Shown here: positions 35,821-43,787 of the stretch, in pieces
Numbering within the stretch: position 1 is the first letter of the stretch
How the letters are laid out: every line of letters begins with the position of its first letter
Source of the DNA: Anaerolineae bacterium
GTDB taxonomy: Bacteria > Chloroflexota > Anaerolineae > Aggregatilineales > Phototrophicaceae
Direction: 5' to 3'
Assembly: GCA_025454495.1 (NCBI GenBank)
Contig: JALOOI010000001.1
Span: forward strand, 18,415-82,414
DNA: 64,000 nucleotides
Notes under the pieces: generated by a model
What the model saw: the letters and a program-made list of their open reading frames with translations, nothing else
What the model was told of the DNA's origin: nothing
Database searches by the model: none
Position numbers and translations under genes: made by a program

Positions 35821-37959
35821 TTATTCGTACACGCGGAAGTTAAAGACCAGGCTGCCGCCGGCGGTGGCCTGCGTCACCTGGAACACGCCATATTTGCCGC
35901 CGCCATCGGTCTGGAAGCCGATCAACGCGCCCACCGGCACCGTGGGCAGCGTGACCGTGGCCAGCGCTGACGCGGTGATGGCATCGCGGTGTACCTGGTC
36001 CAGCGTGGCAAACCCGCTGAGGATCACCAGGCGCGTTCCCCCCTGCGGGATGAGGCTGCCACCCTGCCACTGAATATCGGGCGTGCCGTTGTCCAGGGCG
36101 AAGGTCGCGCTTTCGGCAATGCTCAGCGTGCCGGTGCCATTCACCGATTGCACCGCGGCATCGGCGATGTAGGGATAGGAGAAATTGTTGTTGGCCTCGC
36201 CGCCGGGGCCTTCGGCCACTTCCTGGTTCAAATCCACCACGATGACCACATTTTGCGGCCCCGTGGGGCCCACCAGCGTCCCGCCCAGGTTGATGACGGT
36301 CTGCTGCCCGGCCGCCAGCCCCGGCAGGTTGACGGCGGCGTAAATGCCGCCCGGCTGGAAGGTGGAAGCCACGGCAAAGGGCCCGGCATTGCTGCCGCCC
36401 TGGTTCAGCAGCGTCACCGTCACGGTGAAGGGCACCCCCACGGTGAGGCGCGTGGGCACCACCGACAGCACGATAATATCCGGCACCGGCGCAACCGTGG
36501 GCACCAGGGGCGTGGCGGTGGCCGGCGGCGGCGTGGGCGTGGGGGGAGCCGGGATCAACGGCAGTTGATTCAGGTCGCCGCTGACCTCCAGAATATCCCG
36601 CGAGAGCCAGCCCTGCGTGCCGCGCAGGTCGATCACCAGCCAGCTAAAATCGACATTTGCGCCGACCACGCGGGCCGTATCGTTCTGCCGGAGCTGGCCG
36701 ATCACATCATAATTGGTGCCGGGGCCGGAACGCACATTTTGCACCGACCGCGCAATGGTGACGAACACCCCGTCCGGCGTGGCGGAGGGCTGCGGGGTGG
36801 GGGTGGCCGGGTTTTCGATCACGTCGAAATCATCCGGCTGGCGCACGTTGCCGGCGTAGCGGGCCAGCACGGCCACCCCGCCCAGGATGCCCGTTTCGGT
36901 GATGAAAACGCTGGTGCCGGTTTCACCACGGATCAACTGGGCCGGGTTTAACGCGCCCTGCACGCCGCCCACCGCCTCCAGGCTCAGCAGGTTGGTGAGC
37001 AAATCGCCGGGGCGGTTGATGGCCGTGGCCAGCAGCGTGATGCCATCATAAGCGGCCGCTTCCACCGGGCCCGGCACCGCGCCGAAGGCCCGCAGGTAGG
37101 CCAGCGTGAAGGCCTCGCTGCGCTGGTCGGTGGCGGCATAGCTCCAGGTGGTGGCCCCCAGGATGCCGGCGTACTGCTGCACCGGCACATTGGCGCGGAA
37201 CACCGGATCACCCGCCTGGTTATAGACGAAAACACCCTCCCAGCCGGAGACGCGCAGCGCCAGGTACATCAGGCTGGCGACATCCGGCGGGCCATAAATG
37301 ACCGCCACTTCGGGCTGGGCGGCCGCCACCTGCGCCGCCAGCGTTTCGACCGGGGTGCCGGTCTCCAGCAAAAAGCTCTGCGTGGTGGTCAGCCCGGCAT
37401 CGGCCAGGGCGGTGGTGAAGCCCACCACGCCGGCGGTGCTCTCCAGATCAAGCTGAATGGTGGCGATGCTGCCGGGGTTCACATCGCTGGCCAGGTACGT
37501 CGCCAGCGCCCGGCCCAGCGCCGCTTCCTGGGCCCGCAGCCGCAAAATGCGATCCGTCGTATCCAGCGCCAGGATGGTATCGTCGGTGGCGGTGGTGAGC
37601 ACCGGCTTTTGCAGCGATTGCAGCACCGGCAGGTTGCCCAGCACATCCAGCGTTTTCTCCGGCCCCAGCACGGCGATCACACTGGCCTGATTTAGCTGAT
37701 TCACCGACTGCGTGAGGTCGGTCACGGGCTGGATGACCAGTTCCAGCGCGAACACCGTGCCATCGGCCCCGGTCACGCCGCCGCCGCGGTTAATTTCTTC
37801 CACCGCCAGTTCTGCCCCGCGGGTGATGCTGCCATCAGCCGTATCCAGTACGCCGATGCGAAAGACGGGCTGCTGCGCCCGGGCCAGGCTCAGCCACAGC
37901 AGCGCCAGCCCCGCACTGAGCAGCACGATCCGCAGGTGCCGGTACCATCTCGCTCTCAT
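35821..37959 (-). CDS. Branched-chain amino-acid-type (LivK/Peripla_BP_6) solute-binding protein fused to an SH3b domain and a CARDB-like C-terminal domain
   Basis: Signal peptide. N-terminal RIGVLDTADGSITRGAELAVEEINRGGG (family 6 SBP). Central VRSGPGTNYDVIG (SH3b). PT-rich linker. C-terminal Ig-like region resembling CARDB. Start at internal Met 37959 after GAGGAGG. Confidence 0.6.
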   Translation of the reverse strand: MRARWYRHLRIVLLSAGLALLWLSLARAQQPVFRIGVLDTADGSITRGAELAVEEINRGGGVTGADGTVFALELVIQPVTDLTQSVNQLNQASVIAVLGPEKTLDVLGNLPVLQSLQKPVLTTATDDTILALDTTDRILRLRAQEAALGRALATYLASDVNPGSIATIQLDLESTAGVVGFTTALADAGLTTTQSFLLETGTPVETLAAQVAAAQPEVAVIYGPPDVASLMYLALRVSGWEGVFVYNQAGDPVFRANVPVQQYAGILGATTWSYAATDQRSEAFTLAYLRAFGAVPGPVEAAAYDGITLLATAINRPGDLLTNLLSLEAVGGVQGALNPAQLIRGETGTSVFITETGILGGVAVLARYAGNVRQPDDFDVIENPATPTPQPSATPDGVFVTIARSVQNVRSGPGTNYDVIGQLRQNDTARVVGANVDFSWLVIDLRGTQGWLSRDILEVSGDLNQLPLIPAPPTPTPPPATATPLVPTVAPVPDIIVLSVVPTRLTVGVPFTVTVTLLNQGGSNAGPFAVASTFQPGGIYAAVNLPGLAAGQQTVINLGGTLVGPTGPQNVVIVVDLNQEVAEGPGGEANNNFSYPYIADAAVQSVNGTGTLSIAESATFALDNGTPDIQWQGGSLIPQGGTRLVILSGFATLDQVHRDAITASALATVTLPTVPVGALIGFQTDGGGKYGVFQVTQATAGGSLVFNFRVYE

Positions 37960-38077
37960 GTCCTGCCTCCTCAGCCATTGGTGGTGAGAAATTAAAACTT
38001 TTCTTTCAGTATAGCCTGAACTGCGCCGGTACAGCAACGCCGGATGTGCCGATGTGACGATTGCGCCGGCAGCCGAC

Positions 38078-38106
38078 TTGATTTTCACCGGGGGACACCC
38101 TATACT
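38078..38106 (+). promoter_or_regulatory. Candidate sigma70 promoter for the MBL-fold gene
   Basis: TTGATT, 17-nt spacer, TATACT (38101..38106), about 50 nt upstream of ATG 38159. Confidence 0.3.
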
Positions 38107-38158
38107 CAGTACAGGGTCTCGCTCAACCCATCATCAACCACAACAACCTTTCACAGCT

Positions 38159-39019
38159 ATGCAGCGCGAACGCATTACAGAAGCCATTTACGTCTTCACC
38201 AGCGAGTTGTATGTGCAGGTCACGGCCGGCGTGGTGCTCACGTCCGAAGGTGCCGTGGTGATTGATACGCTGCTGTACCCGGAAGAAACGCAGCAAATGC
38301 GCCGCTTTGTGGAAGAACGCCTGGGGGCGCGGGTGGCGTATGTCATCAACACCCATCACCATGCCGATCATACCACCGGCACCTGCTTTTTTCCCGGCGC
38401 ACGGGTGATCGGTCATGAGCTGTGCCGCCACCTGCTGGATACCCGCGGGCGGGACAGCCTGGCCCGCAGCCGGGCCGGCTACCGCGAAATGGCCGACGTG
38501 TCGCTGGTGCTGCCCGACCTGACCTTTGAAGACCGGCTGACGCTGCGCGTGGGCGAAAAGACCTTGCAGCTCTGGGCCAGCCCCGGCCACAGCCCGGATT
38601 CCATCGTGTGCCTGGTGGAAGAAGACCAGGTGTTGTTTGCGGCGGATACGGTGATGCCGCTGCCGTACTTTGTGGATGGCAGCCACGCGGCCTTTTTGCA
38701 ATCGCTGCACAGCCTGCGCGGCCGCGGCTTTGAAACCATCGTCCAGGGGCATGGCGAGGTCATCCTGCGGGGCGAGGTGGAAGCCCGCCTGAAGAGCGAT
38801 ATTGTTTACCTGGAAAAATTGCAAACCGCCGTGGATAAAGCCCTGGCGCTGCCCGGCGGTGTGGACAAAGCCCTGGAGGCCATCCGCCTGGAAGCCTGTG
38901 GCAAAAGCCCGGTGCTGCTGAACGGCGCTGTGCGCCAGTTGCACCGCCAGAATGTGCTGGCGCTGGCCCAACTGCGCGGTGAGCATGGATTACTGAAAGC
39001 CGGACACGTTGAAGGATGA
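38159..39019 (+). CDS. MBL-fold metallo-hydrolase
   Basis: NTHHHADH motif plus downstream His/Asp. Start at internal Met MQRERI. Confidence 0.7.
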   Translation: MQRERITEAIYVFTSELYVQVTAGVVLTSEGAVVIDTLLYPEETQQMRRFVEERLGARVAYVINTHHHADHTTGTCFFPGARVIGHELCRHLLDTRGRDSLARSRAGYREMADVSLVLPDLTFEDRLTLRVGEKTLQLWASPGHSPDSIVCLVEEDQVLFAADTVMPLPYFVDGSHAAFLQSLHSLRGRGFETIVQGHGEVILRGEVEARLKSDIVYLEKLQTAVDKALALPGGVDKALEAIRLEACGKSPVLLNGAVRQLHRQNVLALAQLRGEHGLLKAGHVEG

Positions 39020-39024
39020 AGCCC

Positions 39025-39495
39025 ATGAGTGAGGAAAAAACCTATTTAACGCCCGAAGGTAAAGCGGACCTGGAACGCGAGCTGGCCGACCTGGTGAATG
39101 TGCGCCGGCCGCAGCTTGCCATCCGCCTGAAAGAGGCCGTGGCGATGGGCGACCTGAAAGAAAATGCCGATTATCATGATACCAAAGAGCAAATGGGGCT
39201 GATGGACGGGCGCATTCATCGCCTGCAATCCATCCTGCGCGCGGCCGAGGTGATTGATAACGACGGTTCCACTGATGAAGTGGGCATCGGCTCCACGGTG
39301 ACGATTCGTGAGGTGGGCAGCGACTCGGACGAAACCTATACCATTGTGGGCCCGGCCGAAGCCAACCCGCGCGAGGGCAAAATTTCGCAGAAAAGCCCCA
39401 TCGGGGCGGCGCTGCTGGGCAAGAAGAAGGGGCGCAAGGTGAAGGTGGAAACGCCGGAAGGCATCATCACCTTTGAAATTCGCAAAATTAAATGA
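39025..39495 (+). CDS. greA: Transcription elongation factor GreA
   Basis: YLTPEG...LKENADYHD N-terminal coiled-coil plus FKBP-like C-terminal domain. GAAGGA lies 8 nt upstream of ATG 39025. Confidence 0.88.
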   Translation: MSEEKTYLTPEGKADLERELADLVNVRRPQLAIRLKEAVAMGDLKENADYHDTKEQMGLMDGRIHRLQSILRAAEVIDNDGSTDEVGIGSTVTIREVGSDSDETYTIVGPAEANPREGKISQKSPIGAALLGKKKGRKVKVETPEGIITFEIRKIK

Positions 39496-39573
39496 GCCGC
39501 CACCACCGCAGCGTCAACGGGACAGGCCAGCAGCCTGTCCCGTTTCGATTCTGTGGCGGGCACACGCGGGCCG

Positions 39574-41262
39574 TCAGCGGCCGGTGTTCAGCGGGGTAAA
39601 GTCGCCCGTGCCGCCAAAGGGATCATCATCGCCAAAGCCGGGTGGCTGCACCGCCGGCGGGGCCGCCGGGCGGGCCGGGGGCATGGGCGGCGGATCAAAG
39701 GTGATATTGTCATAATCGGACAGCGGGCGCTGCGCCGGGGGTGGCGGGGCGGCCGGCCGCAGCGGGGCTACCGGCGGCGGGTCAAAAGTGATGTTGTCAT
39801 AATCGGACAGCGGGCGCTGCGCCGGGGGCGGCGGGGCCGCGGGCCGGGCGGCCGGCATGGGCGGCGGGTCAAAGGTGATGTTGTCATAGTCGGACAGCGG
39901 GCGCTGCGCCGGGGGCGGGGCGACCGGGGCCGGTGCGGGCGGCATGGCAAACGGCAGATCGTTGCCATAACCGGCGGCCGGCGCGGCCGGCAGGGGCATG
40001 GTCGGCAGCGCGGCCGGGGTTGGGGCCGGGGCCGCCGCGCGGCGGGCATCCTTCTGCCACGCCTGCACCACCATCTGGAAGCTCTCGAATTTACCATCCG
40101 GGCCCACCGTCACCGCGGCCAGCTTGCTTTGCAGCCGCAGCTTGCCCGTCTCCAGGATGATCGTCGCGCCTGGCGTGGCCAGCACCACATCCTGCTGCGG
40201 GTTATCCACATCATCTTCGATCTGGGCCCGCAGCGCCGCGTTGGCGGCGGTGGCTTCGGTGATGAAAATTTTGCGCTTATTCTCCGAACCGAAAATATCG
40301 AACAGCCACACTTCGGCCGCCACCGGGTTCGGGGCTACCACATCCGGGATCACCGCGCCGCACTGGCCCAGAAATTCGCCGCTGGCCAGCTCGATCTCGG
40401 TGGATTCGTCAAAATTGCGCCCTTTGGAATAGATGAAGACCGATTGCTTGACCGGCTCGCCCAGTTCGGAGCCTTTGCTCTCGGCGGCCTGCTGGCGCTT
40501 CAGTTCTTCGCCCAGGCGTTTTTGCTCCAGGATGCGGCGGCGTTCTTCCGCTTCGCGCTGTTTCTGGGCGCGGTAGGCGGGGTTGGTGGCCTGCTTAAAG
40601 CGATCCACAATGGGCGCGGCGATGTTGGGCTGGATGAGCAGCCGCCACAGCAGCACCACAATCGGCGTGACGATCACCACCAGCAGCAGCGGAATGATGA
40701 AACTGGTCGCCGCTTCGCTCACGGGGTCGGCCGGGGCGATGCGCGGGGCGCTCTGGGTGACGCTGGCCGCCAGCGGCTGAATACTTTGCAGCGCGGCCCG
40801 GTCAGCGTCAGAAAGCGCCGGGTCGGCCAGCATGGTGGCGATGGCCCCGGCAGGATCGGGCACCTGGCTGAGAAGCTGGAACACGCTGTCCTGGTTATAA
40901 CGCGAACCGCCCAGGTCATAGGCATTGGCCGCGGATAAAATCCACTGGTTCTGGGCCGCCTGGTTCAGCCGGTTGGGGTTGCCGCCATAAAAGATGGTCG
41001 GGAACAGCACATAGCCCCACGCCAGCCCGATGATGAGACCCAGCACCAGCATCCAGATGGTGTGGCGGGAAGGCATACTGGGTTCCAGGACGATCTTGTA
41101 CAGCCCGTTGTAAGAATCCAGCAGGTACTGGCGCAGCCCGCCGAACAGCCCGCCCCGGCGCGGCGCGGTTTTCTTTTCGGCGGGCGCAGGCACCGCGCCA
41201 TCGGCGGGGACGGCCTGTTCGCCCGAATTTTTCTCGGCCTTGTTACGACGCAGGAGACTCAT
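39574..41262 (-). CDS. Hypothetical membrane protein with a C-terminal Pro-rich triple tandem repeat (PPPPAQRPLSDYDNITFDPPP)
   Basis: Two predicted TM segments and a coiled-coil-like K/E/R-rich segment. The C-terminus has three near-identical 28-aa repeats encoded by the 84-bp DNA repeats. Confidence 0.55.
   Translation of the reverse strand: MSLLRRNKAEKNSGEQAVPADGAVPAPAEKKTAPRRGGLFGGLRQYLLDSYNGLYKIVLEPSMPSRHTIWMLVLGLIIGLAWGYVLFPTIFYGGNPNRLNQAAQNQWILSAANAYDLGGSRYNQDSVFQLLSQVPDPAGAIATMLADPALSDADRAALQSIQPLAASVTQSAPRIAPADPVSEAATSFIIPLLLVVIVTPIVVLLWRLLIQPNIAAPIVDRFKQATNPAYRAQKQREAEERRRILEQKRLGEELKRQQAAESKGSELGEPVKQSVFIYSKGRNFDESTEIELASGEFLGQCGAVIPDVVAPNPVAAEVWLFDIFGSENKRKIFITEATAANAALRAQIEDDVDNPQQDVVLATPGATIILETGKLRLQSKLAAVTVGPDGKFESFQMVVQAWQKDARRAAAPAPTPAALPTMPLPAAPAAGYGNDLPFAMPPAPAPVAPPPAQRPLSDYDNITFDPPPMPAARPAAPPPPAQRPLSDYDNITFDPPPVAPLRPAAPPPPAQRPLSDYDNITFDPPPMPPARPAAPPAVQPPGFGDDDPFGGTGDFTPLNTGR
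39690..39941. repeat. 3 x 84-bp near-perfect tandem repeat, in frame, inside the preceding gene
   Basis: The unit ggcgg(a/g)tcaaa(g/a)gtgat(a/g)ttgtcata(a/g)tcggacagcgggcgctgcgccggggg... recurs at about 39693, 39777 and 39861. Confidence 0.8.
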
Positions 41263-41465
41263 CAGCGTGTGCCTTTCATTGAAGCAGGACGCAGCACGTT
41301 TTGAATAAGATGCATGGTGGTCACTTTCTTTGTATGAGTATAACGGGAACCGGGCTTTCGTGCAAAACCAGAAATGGGGCTGATGGGTGTTGGCCCCTGC
41401 TTGACAGGGGGGCGGCCGGCCGGTATGCTGCGGGCCATTTTGCCCGTCTATGACAGGAGAACGCC

Positions 41466-42614
41466 GTGACAGCGCTGCCCTACTGGCTCGGTCTCACGCT
41501 CATTCCCGGCCTGGGCCTGGCCCGGCTGCGGCACCTGCTGGCGCACTTTGCCACGCCGGAGCGCCTGTGGCACGCCCGCGACAGTGACCTGCGGCAGGCG
41601 GGCATCCCGGAGAAAGTGATCGCCACTTTTGTGGGCGGGCGGGCCAAAATTGACCTGGAGCAGGCGTGGCAGAAGGTGGAAAAGACCGGCGCACAGGTCA
41701 TCAGCCAGGAGGATGCCGCCTACCCGCCGCTGCTGAAAGCGCTGGAGGATGCGCCGCTGCTGCTGTATGTGCGCGGGCAGCTTTTACCGCGTGACCAGAT
41801 CGCTCTGGCGATTGTGGGCACACGCCGCGCCAGCCGTTACGGGCACGATGCCGCCCACCACCTGGCGCAGGAACTGGCCGCGGCCGGCATTACCATCGTC
41901 TCCGGGCTGGCCCAGGGCATTGATACGGCCGCACACATGGGCGCGATTAATGCCGGCGGCCGGACGATTGCCGTGCTGGCCTGCGGCATTGATCGGCTGT
42001 ACCCGAAGGAAAATGCCCCGCTGGCCGGGCGCATCGTGGAATGCGGGGCGCTGGTGACGGAATACCCGGTGGGCACGCCGCCCACGCCGGGCAATTTTCC
42101 CCGCCGCAACCGCCTGCTCAGCGGGCTGGCCCTGGGCGTGCTCATCGCCGAAGCGCCGGAGCGCAGCGGGGCGCTCATCACGGCCACGGCCGCGCTGGAA
42201 CAGGGGCGCGATGTCTTCGCGGTGCCGGCCAACATCTTCAATCCGCAGGGGGCCGGCGTGAACCGCCTGATCCAGGATGGCGCAAAGCTGGTGATGACCG
42301 CCCGCGATATTCTGGATGAATTTCACCCGGCGACTCCCGCTGTGTCCCCGCCGGCCGCGGCCCGGCCGGCCAAAAACCCGCGGCCGCAGCCGGCCGCCGC
42401 GCCCCCCGCCGGCCCGCCTGCGCCGGTTCCCGCTGACCTGAGCGCCGCCGAGGCCACGCTGCTGGCACAGATGACCATAGACCCGCTGCACATTGATGAT
42501 CTCATCCGCGCGGCCGGACTATCGGCGGCGGAGGTCTCCGTCGCGCTGACGCTTCTTGAGCTAAAGGGACTTGCACACAACAGCGGTTCTATGCAATACT
42601 GCCGAACACGGTAA
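41466..42614 (+). CDS. dprA: DNA processing protein DprA (Smf)
   Basis: Rossmann-like DprA core (IVGTRRAS...GIDTAAH...AVLACGID...GNFPRRNRL...). Confidence 0.85.
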   Translation: MTALPYWLGLTLIPGLGLARLRHLLAHFATPERLWHARDSDLRQAGIPEKVIATFVGGRAKIDLEQAWQKVEKTGAQVISQEDAAYPPLLKALEDAPLLLYVRGQLLPRDQIALAIVGTRRASRYGHDAAHHLAQELAAAGITIVSGLAQGIDTAAHMGAINAGGRTIAVLACGIDRLYPKENAPLAGRIVECGALVTEYPVGTPPTPGNFPRRNRLLSGLALGVLIAEAPERSGALITATAALEQGRDVFAVPANIFNPQGAGVNRLIQDGAKLVMTARDILDEFHPATPAVSPPAAARPAKNPRPQPAAAPPAGPPAPVPADLSAAEATLLAQMTIDPLHIDDLIRAAGLSAAEVSVALTLLELKGLAHNSGSMQYCRTR

Positions 42615-42648
42615 CATGCGCTGGCACAGGGAAGGGGCCAACAACGGC

Positions 42649-43734
42649 ATGGATCATTACTACGCGCTTTTTCTGGCCGGCGGCGGCGGCACCCGGCTGT
42701 GGCCCATGAGCCGCAAAACCATGCCCAAGCAGCTCCTGCCCCTGGTCGGTGAGCAATCCATGTTGCAAACCAGCGTGGAGCGCCTGCTGCCGCTGCTGCC
42801 GCCGGAGCGCATCTACATCGTCACCGGCGAAAATTACGTGGCCCACATGCGCCAGGAACTGCCGGCGGTGCCCGCTGCCAATTTCATCGTGGAGCCTTAC
42901 GGGCGCGATAATGCCGCCGCCACCGGGCTGGCCCTCACCGTCATCCACCGGCGCGACCCCGCTGCCGTGGTGGCCATGCTCACCGCCGATCATCATATTG
43001 CCCGCGTCGATCTGTTCCGCCAGGTGCTGGCCCAGGCGCACGACATCGCCCGGCAGGGGTATATCGTCACCCTGGGCATTTCGCCCACGTACCCGGCCAC
43101 CGGCTTCGGCTACATCCAGACCGGGGCCCGCCTGGGCAGCGCCGGCGGCCTGTCGTACCATGTGGCCACCCGTTTCACCGAAAAGCCGGACGTGGTGAAG
43201 GCCACGCAGTTCATCGCCAGCGGGCGCTATAGCTGGAATTCGGGCATGTTCATCTGGCAGGCAGAGCAGGCCCTGCGTGAATTTGAGCGCCAGCAGCCGC
43301 CAATGGCCGCGCTGCTGCGCCAGCTTCAGCCGCTGGTGGATACACCGGCCTTTGCTGAACGGCTGCACGCCATCTGGGGCGACATGCCCAAAAAATCTAT
43401 TGACTTCGCCATCATGGAAGGCGCAGAAAAGATGGCGGTCATCCCGGTGGATATTGGCTGGAGCGATGTGGGCACCTGGGCATCGCTGTTCGACGTGCTG
43501 CCCCAGGATAATTTTGGTAACTGCACGCGGGGTAAGAATGCTGCTGGCCGCGTCATCCTGGACACACACAACACCCTGGTGCTCAGTGATCGCCTGGTCG
43601 TCACCATCGGGGTGGATAATGTGATCGTGGTGGAGACGGACGATGTGCTGTTCGTGTGCCACAAAGACCGCACCCAGGACGTAAAGCAAATTGTGGATTA
43701 TCTGCGCGAGAACGGTCTTGAGGATTATCTCTAG
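42649..43734 (+). CDS. manC: Mannose-1-phosphate guanylyltransferase (nucleotidyltransferase)
   Basis: LAGGGGTRLWP...K motif and sugar-nucleotidyltransferase fold. Start at internal Met 42649. Confidence 0.75.
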   Translation: MDHYYALFLAGGGGTRLWPMSRKTMPKQLLPLVGEQSMLQTSVERLLPLLPPERIYIVTGENYVAHMRQELPAVPAANFIVEPYGRDNAAATGLALTVIHRRDPAAVVAMLTADHHIARVDLFRQVLAQAHDIARQGYIVTLGISPTYPATGFGYIQTGARLGSAGGLSYHVATRFTEKPDVVKATQFIASGRYSWNSGMFIWQAEQALREFERQQPPMAALLRQLQPLVDTPAFAERLHAIWGDMPKKSIDFAIMEGAEKMAVIPVDIGWSDVGTWASLFDVLPQDNFGNCTRGKNAAGRVILDTHNTLVLSDRLVVTIGVDNVIVVETDDVLFVCHKDRTQDVKQIVDYLRENGLEDYL

Positions 43735-43787
43735 CGCTCTCCTGACCTCGCCGCCGGCTCGCCGGGCGGCCCGACGTAAGATAGAGG

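Noticed and set aside
39690-39941. CRISPR array interpretation of the 84-bp repeats
   Set aside because: The repeats are directly abutting with no unique spacers, and they are in frame within a long ORF encoding a Pro-rich peptide repeat.
39553-40938. 461-aa plus-strand ORF with RRG repeats
   Set aside because: It is antisense to the repeat-containing membrane protein gene. Its repetitiveness only mirrors the 84-bp repeats.
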